From assembly GCA_016874535.1 (NCBI GenBank), contig VGUA01000005.1:1-57933 (forward strand): 57,933 nt of DNA. The letters are read 5' to 3'. This stretch comes from Gammaproteobacteria bacterium. Lineage in GTDB: Bacteria; Pseudomonadota; Gammaproteobacteria; Ga0077536. A model generated the notes under the pieces. The model searched no databases, was not told where the DNA came from, and saw only the letters and a program-made list of their open reading frames with translations. How positions within the stretch are numbered: position 1 is the first letter of the stretch; each line of letters starts with the position of its first letter. This document shows positions 27,413-36,631 of the stretch, one piece after another. The translations under genes were made by a program, and so were the position numbers.

Positions 27413-29196
27413 CAGGGGCGGGCCGTGCGCGGCAGCGTCCAAGCGATGATTTCGTCCCCCACCGGATAGCCATAGAGACTGTTGCCTCCTGCGACCACGG
27501 CAACGAACTGCTCATCCGCCACGGCATAGCTGACCGGCGGTGCATTCACGCCGGCCTCGGTGGTGTCTTCCCACAGACGCGCACCAGTCTTTCCGTCAAA
27601 AGCGACGAAGCGACCGCGGCCCTCGCCAGTGAAGACCAGTCCGCTCCGGGTGGCGAGCACGCCGCCCACCATGGGCTGATCGAGTTTCACCTGCCATCGG
27701 AGGCTGCCATCGGCCAGATTCAAGGCGCTCAAGAGCCCGTGATGTGCGCCTTCCACCGGCTTGAACATCGTGTAGCTGTCCCAAGCCTGGCCCGCCCGCT
27801 CCGGCAGCTTGCGCACGAAGTAGTCGGCGGGCCCGTGGCTGCCGGCGATGAAGACGCTGCTGGCCGTCTCATCCACCGCCACGGGGGACCAGGAACAGGC
27901 CCCGAGCCCGGAGGGCGAAATGCGCACGCCTGCCTCGGTCGGCGGCGTGAACAGATTTTCCTGGGGCGCGAAGGGCGCGGAGCGATACAGGAGTCGACCC
28001 GTCGCGCGCTCGTGCACGAAGAACCAGCCGAGCTTGGACGCCTGGCCCACGGCTTCCACGGGCTTGCCTTCGTGCTGCATGGTGAACAACACCGGCGGGC
28101 TCGCGACATCGTAGCCCCAGCGGTCGTGCGGGACCTGCTGCCAGGCCCACACGAGTTTCCCCGTTTGCAGTTCGAGCGCGACCAGACTCACCGTGTGCAG
28201 GTTGTCGCCGGGTCGGGTGGCATCATCCATCTGCGGCGCCGGATTGCCGGTGCCGATGAAGATGAGCCCTCGCGCGCGATCCACCGCGGGCGTGGTCCAG
28301 ACCGAGCCTCCGCCGAACTGCCAGCTTCCAGCATAGCGCTCGCTGCGCGCGCGTTCGCCGGCCAGATCCCGGTTGAGGGTCTCACCGTAGGCCGTGGTCG
28401 GTGTGAACTGTCCCGTCCAGTTGGCATCCGGCACGGTATGCCAACGCCAGCGCTCCTCGCCGGTCGCGGCATCCAGGGCCACGATGAAGCCGCGCAGCCC
28501 GAGCTGCTCACCGGCCAAGCCCACCACGGACATGGAGGTCTCGCCGTTCTCTCGGGTTTCCACGTGCAGGCCGTAGGCCGTGCCGGTCACGCCCACCAGC
28601 ACCAGATCGTCCACCACCTGCGGCGCCATGTTGGCGCTGTAGCCGGTCTGGCCGGTCTGCGCGCTGCCGGCGAGGCCGAGCGACTGATCAGGCGCGGCCC
28701 CGGTCAGGAGCTCGGAGAGCTTTTCCGTGGCCACCGGCTGATGATCGATGAGCGGGCTTTCCCAGATTTTCTTGCCAGTGGTGGCATCGAGGGCTACCAC
28801 CCGCGAGTCGATGGTAGCCATGAAGACCCGCCCGTCCGCCACCGCCACTCCGCGATTGGCCGGTCCGCAACAGACATCGCGCGTCGTCAGCACATGTTCG
28901 TAGCGCCAGCGCTCGGCGCCGGTGGCCGCATCGAGCGCGAGCACATGATTGAACGGCGTGGAGACATACATCACTCCTTCGCGTACGACCGGCGAGGCCT
29001 GGAAGGACGCCTTGATGCCGGTCTTCACGCTCCAGCGGCGCGTGAGCTGCGTGACGTTCTCCGGCTTGATGTCGACCAGCGGCGAGAGTCGCTGGTTTGA
29101 ATAGTCGAGCCCGTAGAGCGGCCAGTCGTCCGCGGCGTGCGCCGTGGCGAGGAACACCGGAAACAGCAGCAGGCTCATGCTCAGGAAAGTTCTCAT
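27412..29196 (-). CDS. PQQ-dependent dehydrogenase (beta-propeller quinoprotein), atypical active site
   Basis: Signal peptide, DWPLYG...RLSPL..I...NV, W-motif repeats (ALDAATG..RW), vicinal CC (VCCGPANRG), GGGSVWT, GTGNPAP and HDRWGYD. Confidence 0.9.
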   Translation of the reverse strand: MRTFLSMSLLLFPVFLATAHAADDWPLYGLDYSNQRLSPLVDIKPENVTQLTRRWSVKTGIKASFQASPVVREGVMYVSTPFNHVLALDAATGAERWRYEHVLTTRDVCCGPANRGVAVADGRVFMATIDSRVVALDATTGKKIWESPLIDHQPVATEKLSELLTGAAPDQSLGLAGSAQTGQTGYSANMAPQVVDDLVLVGVTGTAYGLHVETRENGETSMSVVGLAGEQLGLRGFIVALDAATGEERWRWHTVPDANWTGQFTPTTAYGETLNRDLAGERARSERYAGSWQFGGGSVWTTPAVDRARGLIFIGTGNPAPQMDDATRPGDNLHTVSLVALELQTGKLVWAWQQVPHDRWGYDVASPPVLFTMQHEGKPVEAVGQASKLGWFFVHERATGRLLYRSAPFAPQENLFTPPTEAGVRISPSGLGACSWSPVAVDETASSVFIAGSHGPADYFVRKLPERAGQAWDSYTMFKPVEGAHHGLLSALNLADGSLRWQVKLDQPMVGGVLATRSGLVFTGEGRGRFVAFDGKTGARLWEDTTEAGVNAPPVSYAVADEQFVAVVAGGNSLYGYPVGDEIIAWTLPRTARP

Positions 29197-29209
29197 CCGA
29201 TGCGGCTCC

Positions 29210-29578
29210 TCAAGGTTTCGGCCAGGGTGCGAAGAGCAGGCATACCGGCCCGTCTATGCAGCGCGTGCGATGGCCGCGGCCTTCGATATCCGCGGGCAGG
29301 AACACGCCACCACGGCGCCAGCGCCGGGTTTCGCCATCGGTCGTCTCCACCTCGAGGATGCCGTCCAGCACCACCACGATCTGGCGGGCCGGCGCCTGGT
29401 GCCAGTTCTGCGAGAGGCCGGCCGGCAATTGCACGAACTGCACGGCAGGCGAGGCCCAGGGCGATGAATGGGTGATGGTGTGACCGAAACCGTCCTCGCG
29501 CGACTGATCCAGCGGAATGTCGATTTCGGCGAAGCGCGAGCCGCCGTCCGGCGTGGCATGGAATGTGATGACCTTCAT
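29210..29578 (-). CDS. Cupin-fold protein
   Basis: WHQAPARQIVVVLDGILEVETTDG and DIEGRGHRT cupin motifs. Confidence 0.8.
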   Translation of the reverse strand: MKVITFHATPDGGSRFAEIDIPLDQSREDGFGHTITHSSPWASPAVQFVQLPAGLSQNWHQAPARQIVVVLDGILEVETTDGETRRWRRGGVFLPADIEGRGHRTRCIDGPVCLLFAPWPKP

Positions 29579-31506
29579 GCGTGCTCAATCTCCCGTTGGG
29601 TGGCGCGTGCCTCCACATGGTAGTCCGCAAGTCTCGCTTCGCGCGTCATGCGGTGGAAATCGACATTGCGATAAGGTGAATTCACCACGATTCGCCCGCG
29701 CGAATTGCGGTAATAGGTCGTCATGCCCTCGTGCGCCCACACCATGTTGGCGTGCGCGGCATCCACTCCCGCGCGATAGGCTTCGAAGACTTCGGTCCGG
29801 CAGTCCACGGCACCAATACCCTCTTTGGTCATCCGGCGCAGCATGTCCATGATGTAGCGCATCTGCATTTCCGCCACCACCATGAAACTGCCCCCGTGGC
29901 CGGGCTGCAGATTGGGCCCGTACATCATGAAGAAATTGGGAAAGCCCGGCACCACGGTGCCGAGATAGGCCGCCGCATTGTCACCTTCCCAGAAATCCCG
30001 GAGCTTCCGGGCATCGCGCCCGAAGATTTCATAGGTGTTGAGGAAATTGAGCACATCGAAGCCGGTGGCGATCATCAGGACATCCGCTTTGTGGCGTGTG
30101 CCATCTGCTGTGACCACATGGCCTTCGTCCACTTCGGTGATGCGCGTGTCCACCAGCTGCACGCGTGGGTTCTGCAGCATTCGGTACCAGCCATTGTCCA
30201 TCAGCATGCGTTTGCCGAAGGGTGGATAGTCGGGTAACACCTTGGGCAACAGATCCTGGCGATCACCCAACTGCTCCTGGATATAGCGCGTGTAATAGGC
30301 GCGATGCGCGTCATTGGTGGCGTTGAGCGAGCGCTCCGGATAGGGCCAGGCTGGATCCTTCTGCAGGGTGGCGTGCACGCGATCGTTGATGGTCCAGCCG
30401 AGACGCACGCGATACCAGGCCTGATAGAGCGGGACTTCCTGGATGAGGAAACGCAGGGCCTCCGGCACGGATCTGCGAAATTGCGGGAAGGGCGCTGCCC
30501 AGTGCGGAGAGCGCTGAAAAATGGTGAGTGATTCCACCGCGTGCTGGATTTCGGGACCCACCTGCATGCAGCTCGCGCCGTTGCCGATGATGGCAACATG
30601 CTTGCCCGCCAGATCGATGCCGTCGGGCCACTCGGCGGTATGGAAGCAGGGACCTGCGAACGAGGAGAGGCCCGGAATCCGCGGCCACACCGGCGGATTG
30701 AAAATCCCCGCGGCGCTGATGAGGACATTGCCACGCAAAATCTCCGCGCTGCCATCCGGCCGCGTGACCGTGACGAGCCAGGCTTGGCTTTCGGCGTCGT
30801 AGCGGGCCGTCTCCACCCGTGTGCTGCAGCGGATATGGGGTGCGAGGTCGAATTCGCGCGCCACATGCTGCAGGTAGGCATGCAGATCGTCCCGCAGGGC
30901 GTAATACGTCGGCCAGTCGTACCTGGCGAAAGAGAAGGAGTAGAGGTGGTTGGGCGTATCGACGCCCGCGCCGGGATAGCGGTTCTCCTGCCACACCCCG
31001 CCCGCGACCGGGTTCTTCTCCAGCACCGTGAACGGGATGCCCGCCGCCTTCAGGTTGACCGCTGCACAGAGGCCTGAGACTCCGGCACCGATGACCAGCA
31101 CACGGAAACCTTCCGGCACGGGGATGCGTTCCGTGCTGGGTGGGCGGTGCCCGAAGAGGTCCCTGGTGAACTCCCCGTATTCCTCGGGCACGGGCTCACC
31201 CATGGCCACGGACAACATCTCCACCAGCTGACCGGGGCTCGGGTCCGGAATGGCCACCGGCCTGCCGGCACGCCAGGCCAAGATGGCCTCCAGCGCTGCG
31301 GCGCGGATCTCTTCCTGAATGGCCTCGGGCAGACCACCGGTGTCGTTGTCCCCCAGGCCCACGCTGCGGGAGGGCCGATAAGGGGGCTGCAGCCAGCGCT
31401 CTTCACCGGTGAGCTGGGCCACGACCATGAGCAGAGTCGGGATATTGGCCACCGCAATGCCGGCGGCGAAGCGGTCCCTCATGAGGGCTTCCGGGACGTG
31501 GTTCAT
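29575..31506 (-). CDS. Type I Baeyer-Villiger monooxygenase (4-hydroxyacetophenone monooxygenase-like, N-terminally extended)
   Basis: GAGVSG, GGVWQENRYPGAGVD, the BVMO fingerprint FAGPCFHTAEWPD, GNGASCMQ and ATGF. Confidence 0.9.
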   Translation of the reverse strand: MNHVPEALMRDRFAAGIAVANIPTLLMVVAQLTGEERWLQPPYRPSRSVGLGDNDTGGLPEAIQEEIRAAALEAILAWRAGRPVAIPDPSPGQLVEMLSVAMGEPVPEEYGEFTRDLFGHRPPSTERIPVPEGFRVLVIGAGVSGLCAAVNLKAAGIPFTVLEKNPVAGGVWQENRYPGAGVDTPNHLYSFSFARYDWPTYYALRDDLHAYLQHVAREFDLAPHIRCSTRVETARYDAESQAWLVTVTRPDGSAEILRGNVLISAAGIFNPPVWPRIPGLSSFAGPCFHTAEWPDGIDLAGKHVAIIGNGASCMQVGPEIQHAVESLTIFQRSPHWAAPFPQFRRSVPEALRFLIQEVPLYQAWYRVRLGWTINDRVHATLQKDPAWPYPERSLNATNDAHRAYYTRYIQEQLGDRQDLLPKVLPDYPPFGKRMLMDNGWYRMLQNPRVQLVDTRITEVDEGHVVTADGTRHKADVLMIATGFDVLNFLNTYEIFGRDARKLRDFWEGDNAAAYLGTVVPGFPNFFMMYGPNLQPGHGGSFMVVAEMQMRYIMDMLRRMTKEGIGAVDCRTEVFEAYRAGVDAAHANMVWAHEGMTTYYRNSRGRIVVNSPYRNVDFHRMTREARLADYHVEARATQREIEHA

Positions 31507-31599
31507 GGGCAAGAGGCTCCTGGCTGATTGCCACTCAGGGTCGAGGGCCTCCGGATGGTAACAGGGCGCCACCGGCTGAGATGTCGGATTCTTCCTGAG

Positions 31600-31627
31600 G
31601 GAACTGGAGCGGGGCTTAGCACTCTAA
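31600..31627 (+). promoter_or_regulatory. Candidate sigmaE (RpoE/AlgU-type) promoter for rpoH
   Basis: GGAACTG at 31600-31606, 16-bp spacer, TCTAA at 31623-31627, versus the consensus GAACTT-N16/17-TCTRA. Confidence 0.6.
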
Positions 31628-31642
31628 TCGGCCGAGTGCTAA
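31616..31642. promoter_or_regulatory. CIRCE element (HrcA operator)
   Basis: TTAGCACTC-taatcggcc-GAGTGCTAA: exact match to TTAGCACTC-N9-GAGTGCTAA, 29 bp upstream of the rpoH ATG. Confidence 0.95.
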
Positions 31643-31671
31643 ACTTCGACACAAGGAATTTGGAGGAGGCT

Positions 31672-32556
31672 ATGCAAGCCATGACAGTCGCTCTGGACAC
31701 ACTGCTCGTTCCGACCGGGTCGCTCGAGTCCTATGTGGCCGCGGTGAACAAGGTCCCCATGCTGAGCGAGGCCGATGAACAGGCTCTGGCCCGGCGTTTT
31801 CAGGCAGATCAGGATCTGGATGCAGCCCGCCAGCTGGTGCTTTCCCACCTGCGTTTCGTGGTGCGGGTAGCCCGGGGTTACAACGGCTACGGCTTGGCCC
31901 AGGCCGATCTCATCCAGGAGGGCAATATCGGCCTCATGAAGGCCGTCAAGCGTTTCAACCCTGAGCTCGGCGTGCGACTGGTCTCTTTCGCCGTGCACTG
32001 GATCAAGGCGGAGATTCACGAATTCATCCTGCGCAACTGGCGCATCGTGAAGGTCGCCACCACCAAGGCGCAGCGCAAGCTCTTCTTCAATCTGCGCAGC
32101 GCACGCCAGCGCCTCGGCTGGATGAGCAGCCAGGAAGTCGAGGCTGTCGCCAAGGATCTGGGCGTGGAGACGCACGAGGTGCTGCTCATGGAAGAGCGGA
32201 TGAATGCCCATGATCAGGCCTTCGATCCGGCCGTGGAGGGAGAGGATGACGATGACGATCTCTCACCCTCCGCCTACCTTTGCGACACGCGCTTCGAACC
32301 CGTGCAGCAGCTGGAGAGGCTGGAGGAAGAATCGCGCGGCCAGGAAAACCTCGGCGATGCCCTCGCCGCGCTCGATGCACGCAGCCGCGACATCGTCACC
32401 AGTCGTTGGCTGACTGAGCCCAAGATGACCCTGCAGGAACTGGCAGACAGGTATCAGGTCTCCGCGGAGCGCATCCGTCAGCTGGAGAACAACGCGATGA
32501 AAGCCATGCGGCGCGCGCTGGGCGTGAACCTGCTGCCGGCACCCGCGCAAGCCTGA
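31672..32556 (+). CDS. rpoH: RNA polymerase sigma-32 factor
   Basis: [23 protein letters not shown], RpoH box QRKLFFNLR and [12 protein letters not shown] ggaggagg before ATG 31672. Confidence 0.98.
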   Translation: MQAMTVALDTLLVPTGSLESYVAAVNKVPMLSEADEQALARRFQADQDLDAARQLVLSHLRFVVRVARGYNGYGLAQADLIQEGNIGLMKAVKRFNPELGVRLVSFAVHWIKAEIHEFILRNWRIVKVATTKAQRKLFFNLRSARQRLGWMSSQEVEAVAKDLGVETHEVLLMEERMNAHDQAFDPAVEGEDDDDDLSPSAYLCDTRFEPVQQLERLEEESRGQENLGDALAALDARSRDIVTSRWLTEPKMTLQELADRYQVSAERIRQLENNAMKAMRRALGVNLLPAPAQA

Positions 32557-32566
32557 AAGCTATCCT

Positions 32567-32595
32567 GGCGTCCGCCTTGAAGCGGGGTGGACGCC
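32567..32595. terminator. Hairpin between convergent rpoH and membrane-protein genes
   Basis: GGCGTCCGCC...GGTGGACGCC inverted repeat with one G-U pair; no U-tract. Confidence 0.4.
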
Positions 32596-32599
32596 TGCC

Positions 32600-33298
32600 T
32601 CAGAGTGCTGCGCCCTTGCCGTGCATCCGCGCGTTCACCGCGAGCAGATAGATGAGCAGGAACAGGGCGAAGTAATACTCCTGCGGCTCGCTCCAGCGAA
32701 TCTCGAAGGGCAGCGAGCCCGGCCCCGCAAAATCCCGGTAACGTTCGGGCAGCTTGATGCCAATGGCAAGCACGGCGGTGGGAATGCACTCCCGTGCCGG
32801 CCAGAACCAACGCCAGAACAGCCCCTTGGGGTGACCACCCAACCACCGCCGTTTGAGTGGCAGCAGGATGCCGCCCACCAATACCCACAGCTCCAGCAAC
32901 AGTCGGGGTTTTTGATCGAACCAGCTGCTCATGTTGTGCAGGTTGGTCTCGTTCTGGTCGTTCAGCTCCGCGAGGGTCTCCGGCGTTTCCCACTGGAACA
33001 ACTGCTGTCCCCAGGAAAGTTCCTCGCCCGCCAGGTAAAAGCACGCTAGCGTGAGTCCCAGAATCCAGATACGCATGGGCTGGCTGGGAATGCGGTACAG
33101 GTGCCGCAGCATGGTCAGGCCCACGATGAAGCCGATAATCGAGACTAGCGGCGTGGCGAGCTCCACCAGGCCGAGTTCAGGCTCGATGAAGGCCGCGTAG
33201 AAGTCCGGGGTGAGGAGACGGGTCGCTATCACCACCACGGCGAGAACCGGAGGAAACCACAGCCACATCCAGGCTGGCAGTCTGATCCGGTCAGCCAT
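32600..33298 (-). CDS. Hypothetical multi-pass membrane protein
   Basis: About six TM helices and the motif AGEELSWGQQ...NDQNETNLHN; lies directly after cyoE in the same direction. Confidence 0.8.
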   Translation of the reverse strand: MADRIRLPAWMWLWFPPVLAVVVIATRLLTPDFYAAFIEPELGLVELATPLVSIIGFIVGLTMLRHLYRIPSQPMRIWILGLTLACFYLAGEELSWGQQLFQWETPETLAELNDQNETNLHNMSSWFDQKPRLLLELWVLVGGILLPLKRRWLGGHPKGLFWRWFWPARECIPTAVLAIGIKLPERYRDFAGPGSLPFEIRWSEPQEYYFALFLLIYLLAVNARMHGKGAAL

Positions 33299-33307
33299 GG
33301 GCGACTT

Positions 33308-34231
33308 TCATTGCAGCGCGGCTCTCACCAGTGGCAGGTAATGATCCACGAACAGGACGACGAAGAGGGCGGTGAGATAGACGATCGAATATTTGAACGT
33401 GCGATACGCCAGCTCGTCACTGTCATCGAACTGCATGCGAATGGCGTAGTACAGGAAAATTACATTCAGGATGACCGCGCCCACAAGATACACCATCCCG
33501 CACATGTAGGTGGCGAAGGGCAGCAGGGTCGCCGCCACCAGCAGCAGGGTGTAGTAAAGCACGTGCAGACGCGTGAATTCCGTGCCGTGCGTGATGGGCA
33601 GCATGGGCAGGTCGGCCTTGGCGTACTCCGCGCGGCGGTAGATGGCGAGTGCCCAGAAATGCGGCGGCGTCCACGCGAAGATGATGAGGAACAGCAACAG
33701 AGCGTGCGGGTCGAGGGTGCCTGTGACGGCGGTCCAGCCGAGCACCGGGGGCGCGGCGCCGGCGGCGCCGCCAATGACGATGTTCTGCGGCGTGGCGCGC
33801 TTGAGGTACATCGTGTAGATGACCGCATAACCGATGAGCGAGAAAAACGTGAGAACCGCGGTAAGCACGTTGATGTAGGCAACGAGCAGATACATGGACA
33901 CCGCGCCCAGCACCAGCGCAAAGATGAGCGCTTGCTGGGTGGTCAGTTCGCCCTGTGGCAGGGGACGATTCTGGGTGCGCGCCATCAGAGCATCGATACG
34001 ATGGTCCGCGACATGGTTGATGGCCGCCGCGGAGGCGGCCGCGAGCCCGATGCCCAAAGTCGCAATGATGAGCACATCCAGCGGCACCAGACCGGGCGTG
34101 GACAGCAGCATGCCGATGATCGCGGTGAAGACGATGAGATAGACCACCCGCGGCTTGCAGAGCTCCAGGTAATCCCGCCAGGTGGCGCCTGTGGCGGTGA
34201 TCGTCGTATCGGGGGCGGTAGGCTTGGTCAT
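33308..34231 (-). CDS. cyoE: Protoheme IX farnesyltransferase (heme o synthase)
   Basis: [40 protein letters not shown] and [10 protein letters not shown]. Confidence 0.97.
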   Translation of the reverse strand: MTKPTAPDTTITATGATWRDYLELCKPRVVYLIVFTAIIGMLLSTPGLVPLDVLIIATLGIGLAAASAAAINHVADHRIDALMARTQNRPLPQGELTTQQALIFALVLGAVSMYLLVAYINVLTAVLTFFSLIGYAVIYTMYLKRATPQNIVIGGAAGAAPPVLGWTAVTGTLDPHALLLFLIIFAWTPPHFWALAIYRRAEYAKADLPMLPITHGTEFTRLHVLYYTLLLVAATLLPFATYMCGMVYLVGAVILNVIFLYYAIRMQFDDSDELAYRTFKYSIVYLTALFVVLFVDHYLPLVRAALQ

Positions 34232-34246
34232 GATCCTCAGGTCCGG

Positions 34247-35236
34247 TCAGGGGCCACTTGGACGGGTGTAACGGAAGAGGGTTACCACGCTGAGGAGCAG
34301 CAGGGCCGCGACACCGTTGTGCATCACGGCCACCGGCAAGGGCAGGCCCCTGACCACATTGGTCACCCCCAACGCTATCTGCAGCGCGAGCAGTCCGAGT
34401 ATACACCAGCCGATCGTGCGACCCGCAGGAGGCAGGCTGCGGGTGCGCAGGAACAGCCAGAGCAGGGTGAGGCAGACCACGACGGCACCCAGCCGGTGGG
34501 TGAAATGAATAGCCGTGCGGGCCGGGGTGTCCAGGACGCCAAACTCGTAGTTCACGCCCAGACCCCGCCACAGCACGAAGCCATTTGCGAAGTCCATGTC
34601 CGGCCACCACTGACCATGGCAACGCGGGAAATCCGTGCAGGCCAGCGCCGCATAGTTGGTGCTGGTCCAGCCGCCCAGAAAGGCCTGCGCGAAGACCATC
34701 AGCATCGCAAACAGCGCCCACGGGCGAAGGTCGGCTACAGCCCGTGATTCGGGTGACGCACGGCTCGCACCGTGCACCTCCAACAGGTTCCACCACAGCA
34801 GCGACAGGAGCGTGAAGCCTCCCAGCAGATGCAGCGCCACGACCAGAGGCTTGAGCAGGAGTGTGACCGTCCACATGCCAAGCAGCCCCTGGAACATGAC
34901 CAACGGCACGAGGCTCAGCGCCACCCAGGGCTGATGGGTATGGCGCCGGCGCCAGGCGAGCCACGCCAGCAACAGGATCAGCGCGCCCAGGCCTGATGCC
35001 ATGTAGCGGTGGATCATCTCGGCCCAAGCCTTGCCGGTTTCCAGCGGACGGGCCGCGAGACTCTCGGCATCGGTGATCTCCTGAGCCGTCTCGGGCACCA
35101 GCAACTGGCCGTAACAGCCGGGCCAGTCGGGGCAACCGAGCCCAGCGTCGGTCAGGCGCACATAGGCGCCTTTCACGATCACCGTGAAGGCGAGCAGAGG
35201 CAGAAGAAGGGCCAGGGTCAGGTGGAGTTTGCGCAT
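34247..35236 (-). CDS. ctaA: Heme A synthase (COX15/CtaA)
   Basis: GAYVRLTDAGLGCPDWPGCYG, EMIHRY, VALHLLGG, CTDFPRC, IHFTHRLGA and AVMHNG. Confidence 0.95.
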   Translation of the reverse strand: MRKLHLTLALLLPLLAFTVIVKGAYVRLTDAGLGCPDWPGCYGQLLVPETAQEITDAESLAARPLETGKAWAEMIHRYMASGLGALILLLAWLAWRRRHTHQPWVALSLVPLVMFQGLLGMWTVTLLLKPLVVALHLLGGFTLLSLLWWNLLEVHGASRASPESRAVADLRPWALFAMLMVFAQAFLGGWTSTNYAALACTDFPRCHGQWWPDMDFANGFVLWRGLGVNYEFGVLDTPARTAIHFTHRLGAVVVCLTLLWLFLRTRSLPPAGRTIGWCILGLLALQIALGVTNVVRGLPLPVAVMHNGVAALLLLSVVTLFRYTRPSGP

Positions 35237-35238
35237 GG

Positions 35239-35823
35239 TTACTTGATGGCAGAGGCGCGCAGCAGGCGCTTGAGATCACGCTGGATGTTGGACAGCTCAC
35301 CGCTCGCGGCGTAGCGCATCATGAGCTGGTGGCGCCAGTCCACGAAAACAATCGCGGGCAGCGGGCCCGCTTGTCCCGCCGGCAGGCGCTCAGCGAGCAA
35401 GGCGAGGGTGTCGGGGTCGGGGTGGACCCGGTTCACATGGCGCTCCGGGGCACCGGGGAGTCCCGTGATGGCATGGGTGGAAACCCGCACGCCAGCCTGG
35501 CCGATCAGCTCACGCAGGGTGAGGAGGTCGTCCAGAGTCTTCCCGCACGGCTGCTCGGCGCAGGCCTCCGCCTGTAGCAGGACCACCGCCCATTCGCTGG
35601 GTTGGAGGCGAAACAGGGGCTGGACTCCCGGGCGTGAGCCTTCTGCGGAGAGATCCACAGGTGGGTCCAGCAGCTGTCCGCGGTGGGTCAGCTCATCTCC
35701 CGGCAGGGCGAGCCGGCCGCTGGAGAACAGCCAGGCCAGTACGATGGGGCCCACGAAAACCCCGATGATCAGCAGCAGGGTGAGGCGATTGCGCGTGCGG
35801 GAGACAGGCTTGCTTGGATTCAC
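35239..35823 (-). CDS. Cytochrome oxidase assembly-associated hypothetical protein (N-terminal TM, thioredoxin/SCO-like domain)
   Basis: Position between SURF1 and ctaA; RNRLTLLLIIGVFVGP, THRGQLLDPP, C-x4-C and VDWRHQLMMRY; GTG start overlaps the SURF1 stop. Confidence 0.75.
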   Translation of the reverse strand: MNPSKPVSRTRNRLTLLLIIGVFVGPIVLAWLFSSGRLALPGDELTHRGQLLDPPVDLSAEGSRPGVQPLFRLQPSEWAVVLLQAEACAEQPCGKTLDDLLTLRELIGQAGVRVSTHAITGLPGAPERHVNRVHPDPDTLALLAERLPAGQAGPLPAIVFVDWRHQLMMRYAASGELSNIQRDLKRLLRASAIK

Positions 35824-36545
35824 GTGGAGGACTCGCGACGGAAATTGATTCGGAAATAAAGCAGCAGCAGTACGCCAGCCATGGCAAACCACTGGGTGGC
35901 GTAAGCCTCGTGCTTGGAGGTGTCCGCGCTCACCACGGGCCACGCGCGATCGTAGCCGTTCTCGGCCTCTGCACCCAGAAAAAGCAGCACCGGAGGCAGC
36001 TTCACCTGCAGCCGATCTCCCAGGGCCGCAGTATCCACATGCTGTATCCGGTAAAGACTGGTTCCGGTTTGCTCAATCATCGGCTGCCCGGCGAGTCGGA
36101 TTCCCGTACTGGGTGCGCGTCCAAGGCGACCCGGGACCCGGCGGGGGTCGTCATCCACCTCCACCCCGGGCACGCGCGACCGATCATTTCCAGCGGGCAC
36201 CCAGCCGCGCGCAACCAGCAGCACGCCACCGCCTGTGAGTTCGAAGGGGGTGAGCACTTCATAACCCGGTGCGCGGTTCCTGACGCGATTGTCGAGCAGG
36301 AACTGGGGCGAAAGGTAGCGCCCTTGAAGCGCGGTGGCGCGACCGATGTTGTCTTCGAGATTAACCGCACCCAGGCGCTCGAGTTCAAGTGTCGGGGCGT
36401 CGCGCCGTAATTCCATTTCCAGGTGGAGTGCCCGTTTCTGGGCTGCACGGTCGAGCTGCCAGAAACCGAGACTGAGCAGGGCGGGAAAAAGTAGAATCAC
36501 GACCACGGTGGATGCCATCCCCGGCCTGAAACGGCGGACGCTCAT
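35820..36545 (-). CDS. SURF1-family cytochrome oxidase biogenesis protein
   Basis: LSLGFWQLDRA.QK, LLDNR, PGYEVLTPF, VARGWVP and KHEAYATQWF. Confidence 0.95.
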   Translation of the reverse strand: MSVRRFRPGMASTVVVILLFPALLSLGFWQLDRAAQKRALHLEMELRRDAPTLELERLGAVNLEDNIGRATALQGRYLSPQFLLDNRVRNRAPGYEVLTPFELTGGGVLLVARGWVPAGNDRSRVPGVEVDDDPRRVPGRLGRAPSTGIRLAGQPMIEQTGTSLYRIQHVDTAALGDRLQVKLPPVLLFLGAEAENGYDRAWPVVSADTSKHEAYATQWFAMAGVLLLLYFRINFRRESST

Positions 36546-36631
36546 CGCACCCGCTTCCTGCCCGCCCACAAACATGCGGAAGAGCGCTGTTTCATGCAGT
36601 TGCAGCCGCTCGCGAACCCTCAGAGGTATCC

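Noticed and set aside
35810-35830. Additional parS-like CACGTG sites (35816-35831, 28556-28571)
   Set aside because: Four or more mismatches to the consensus and not palindromic.
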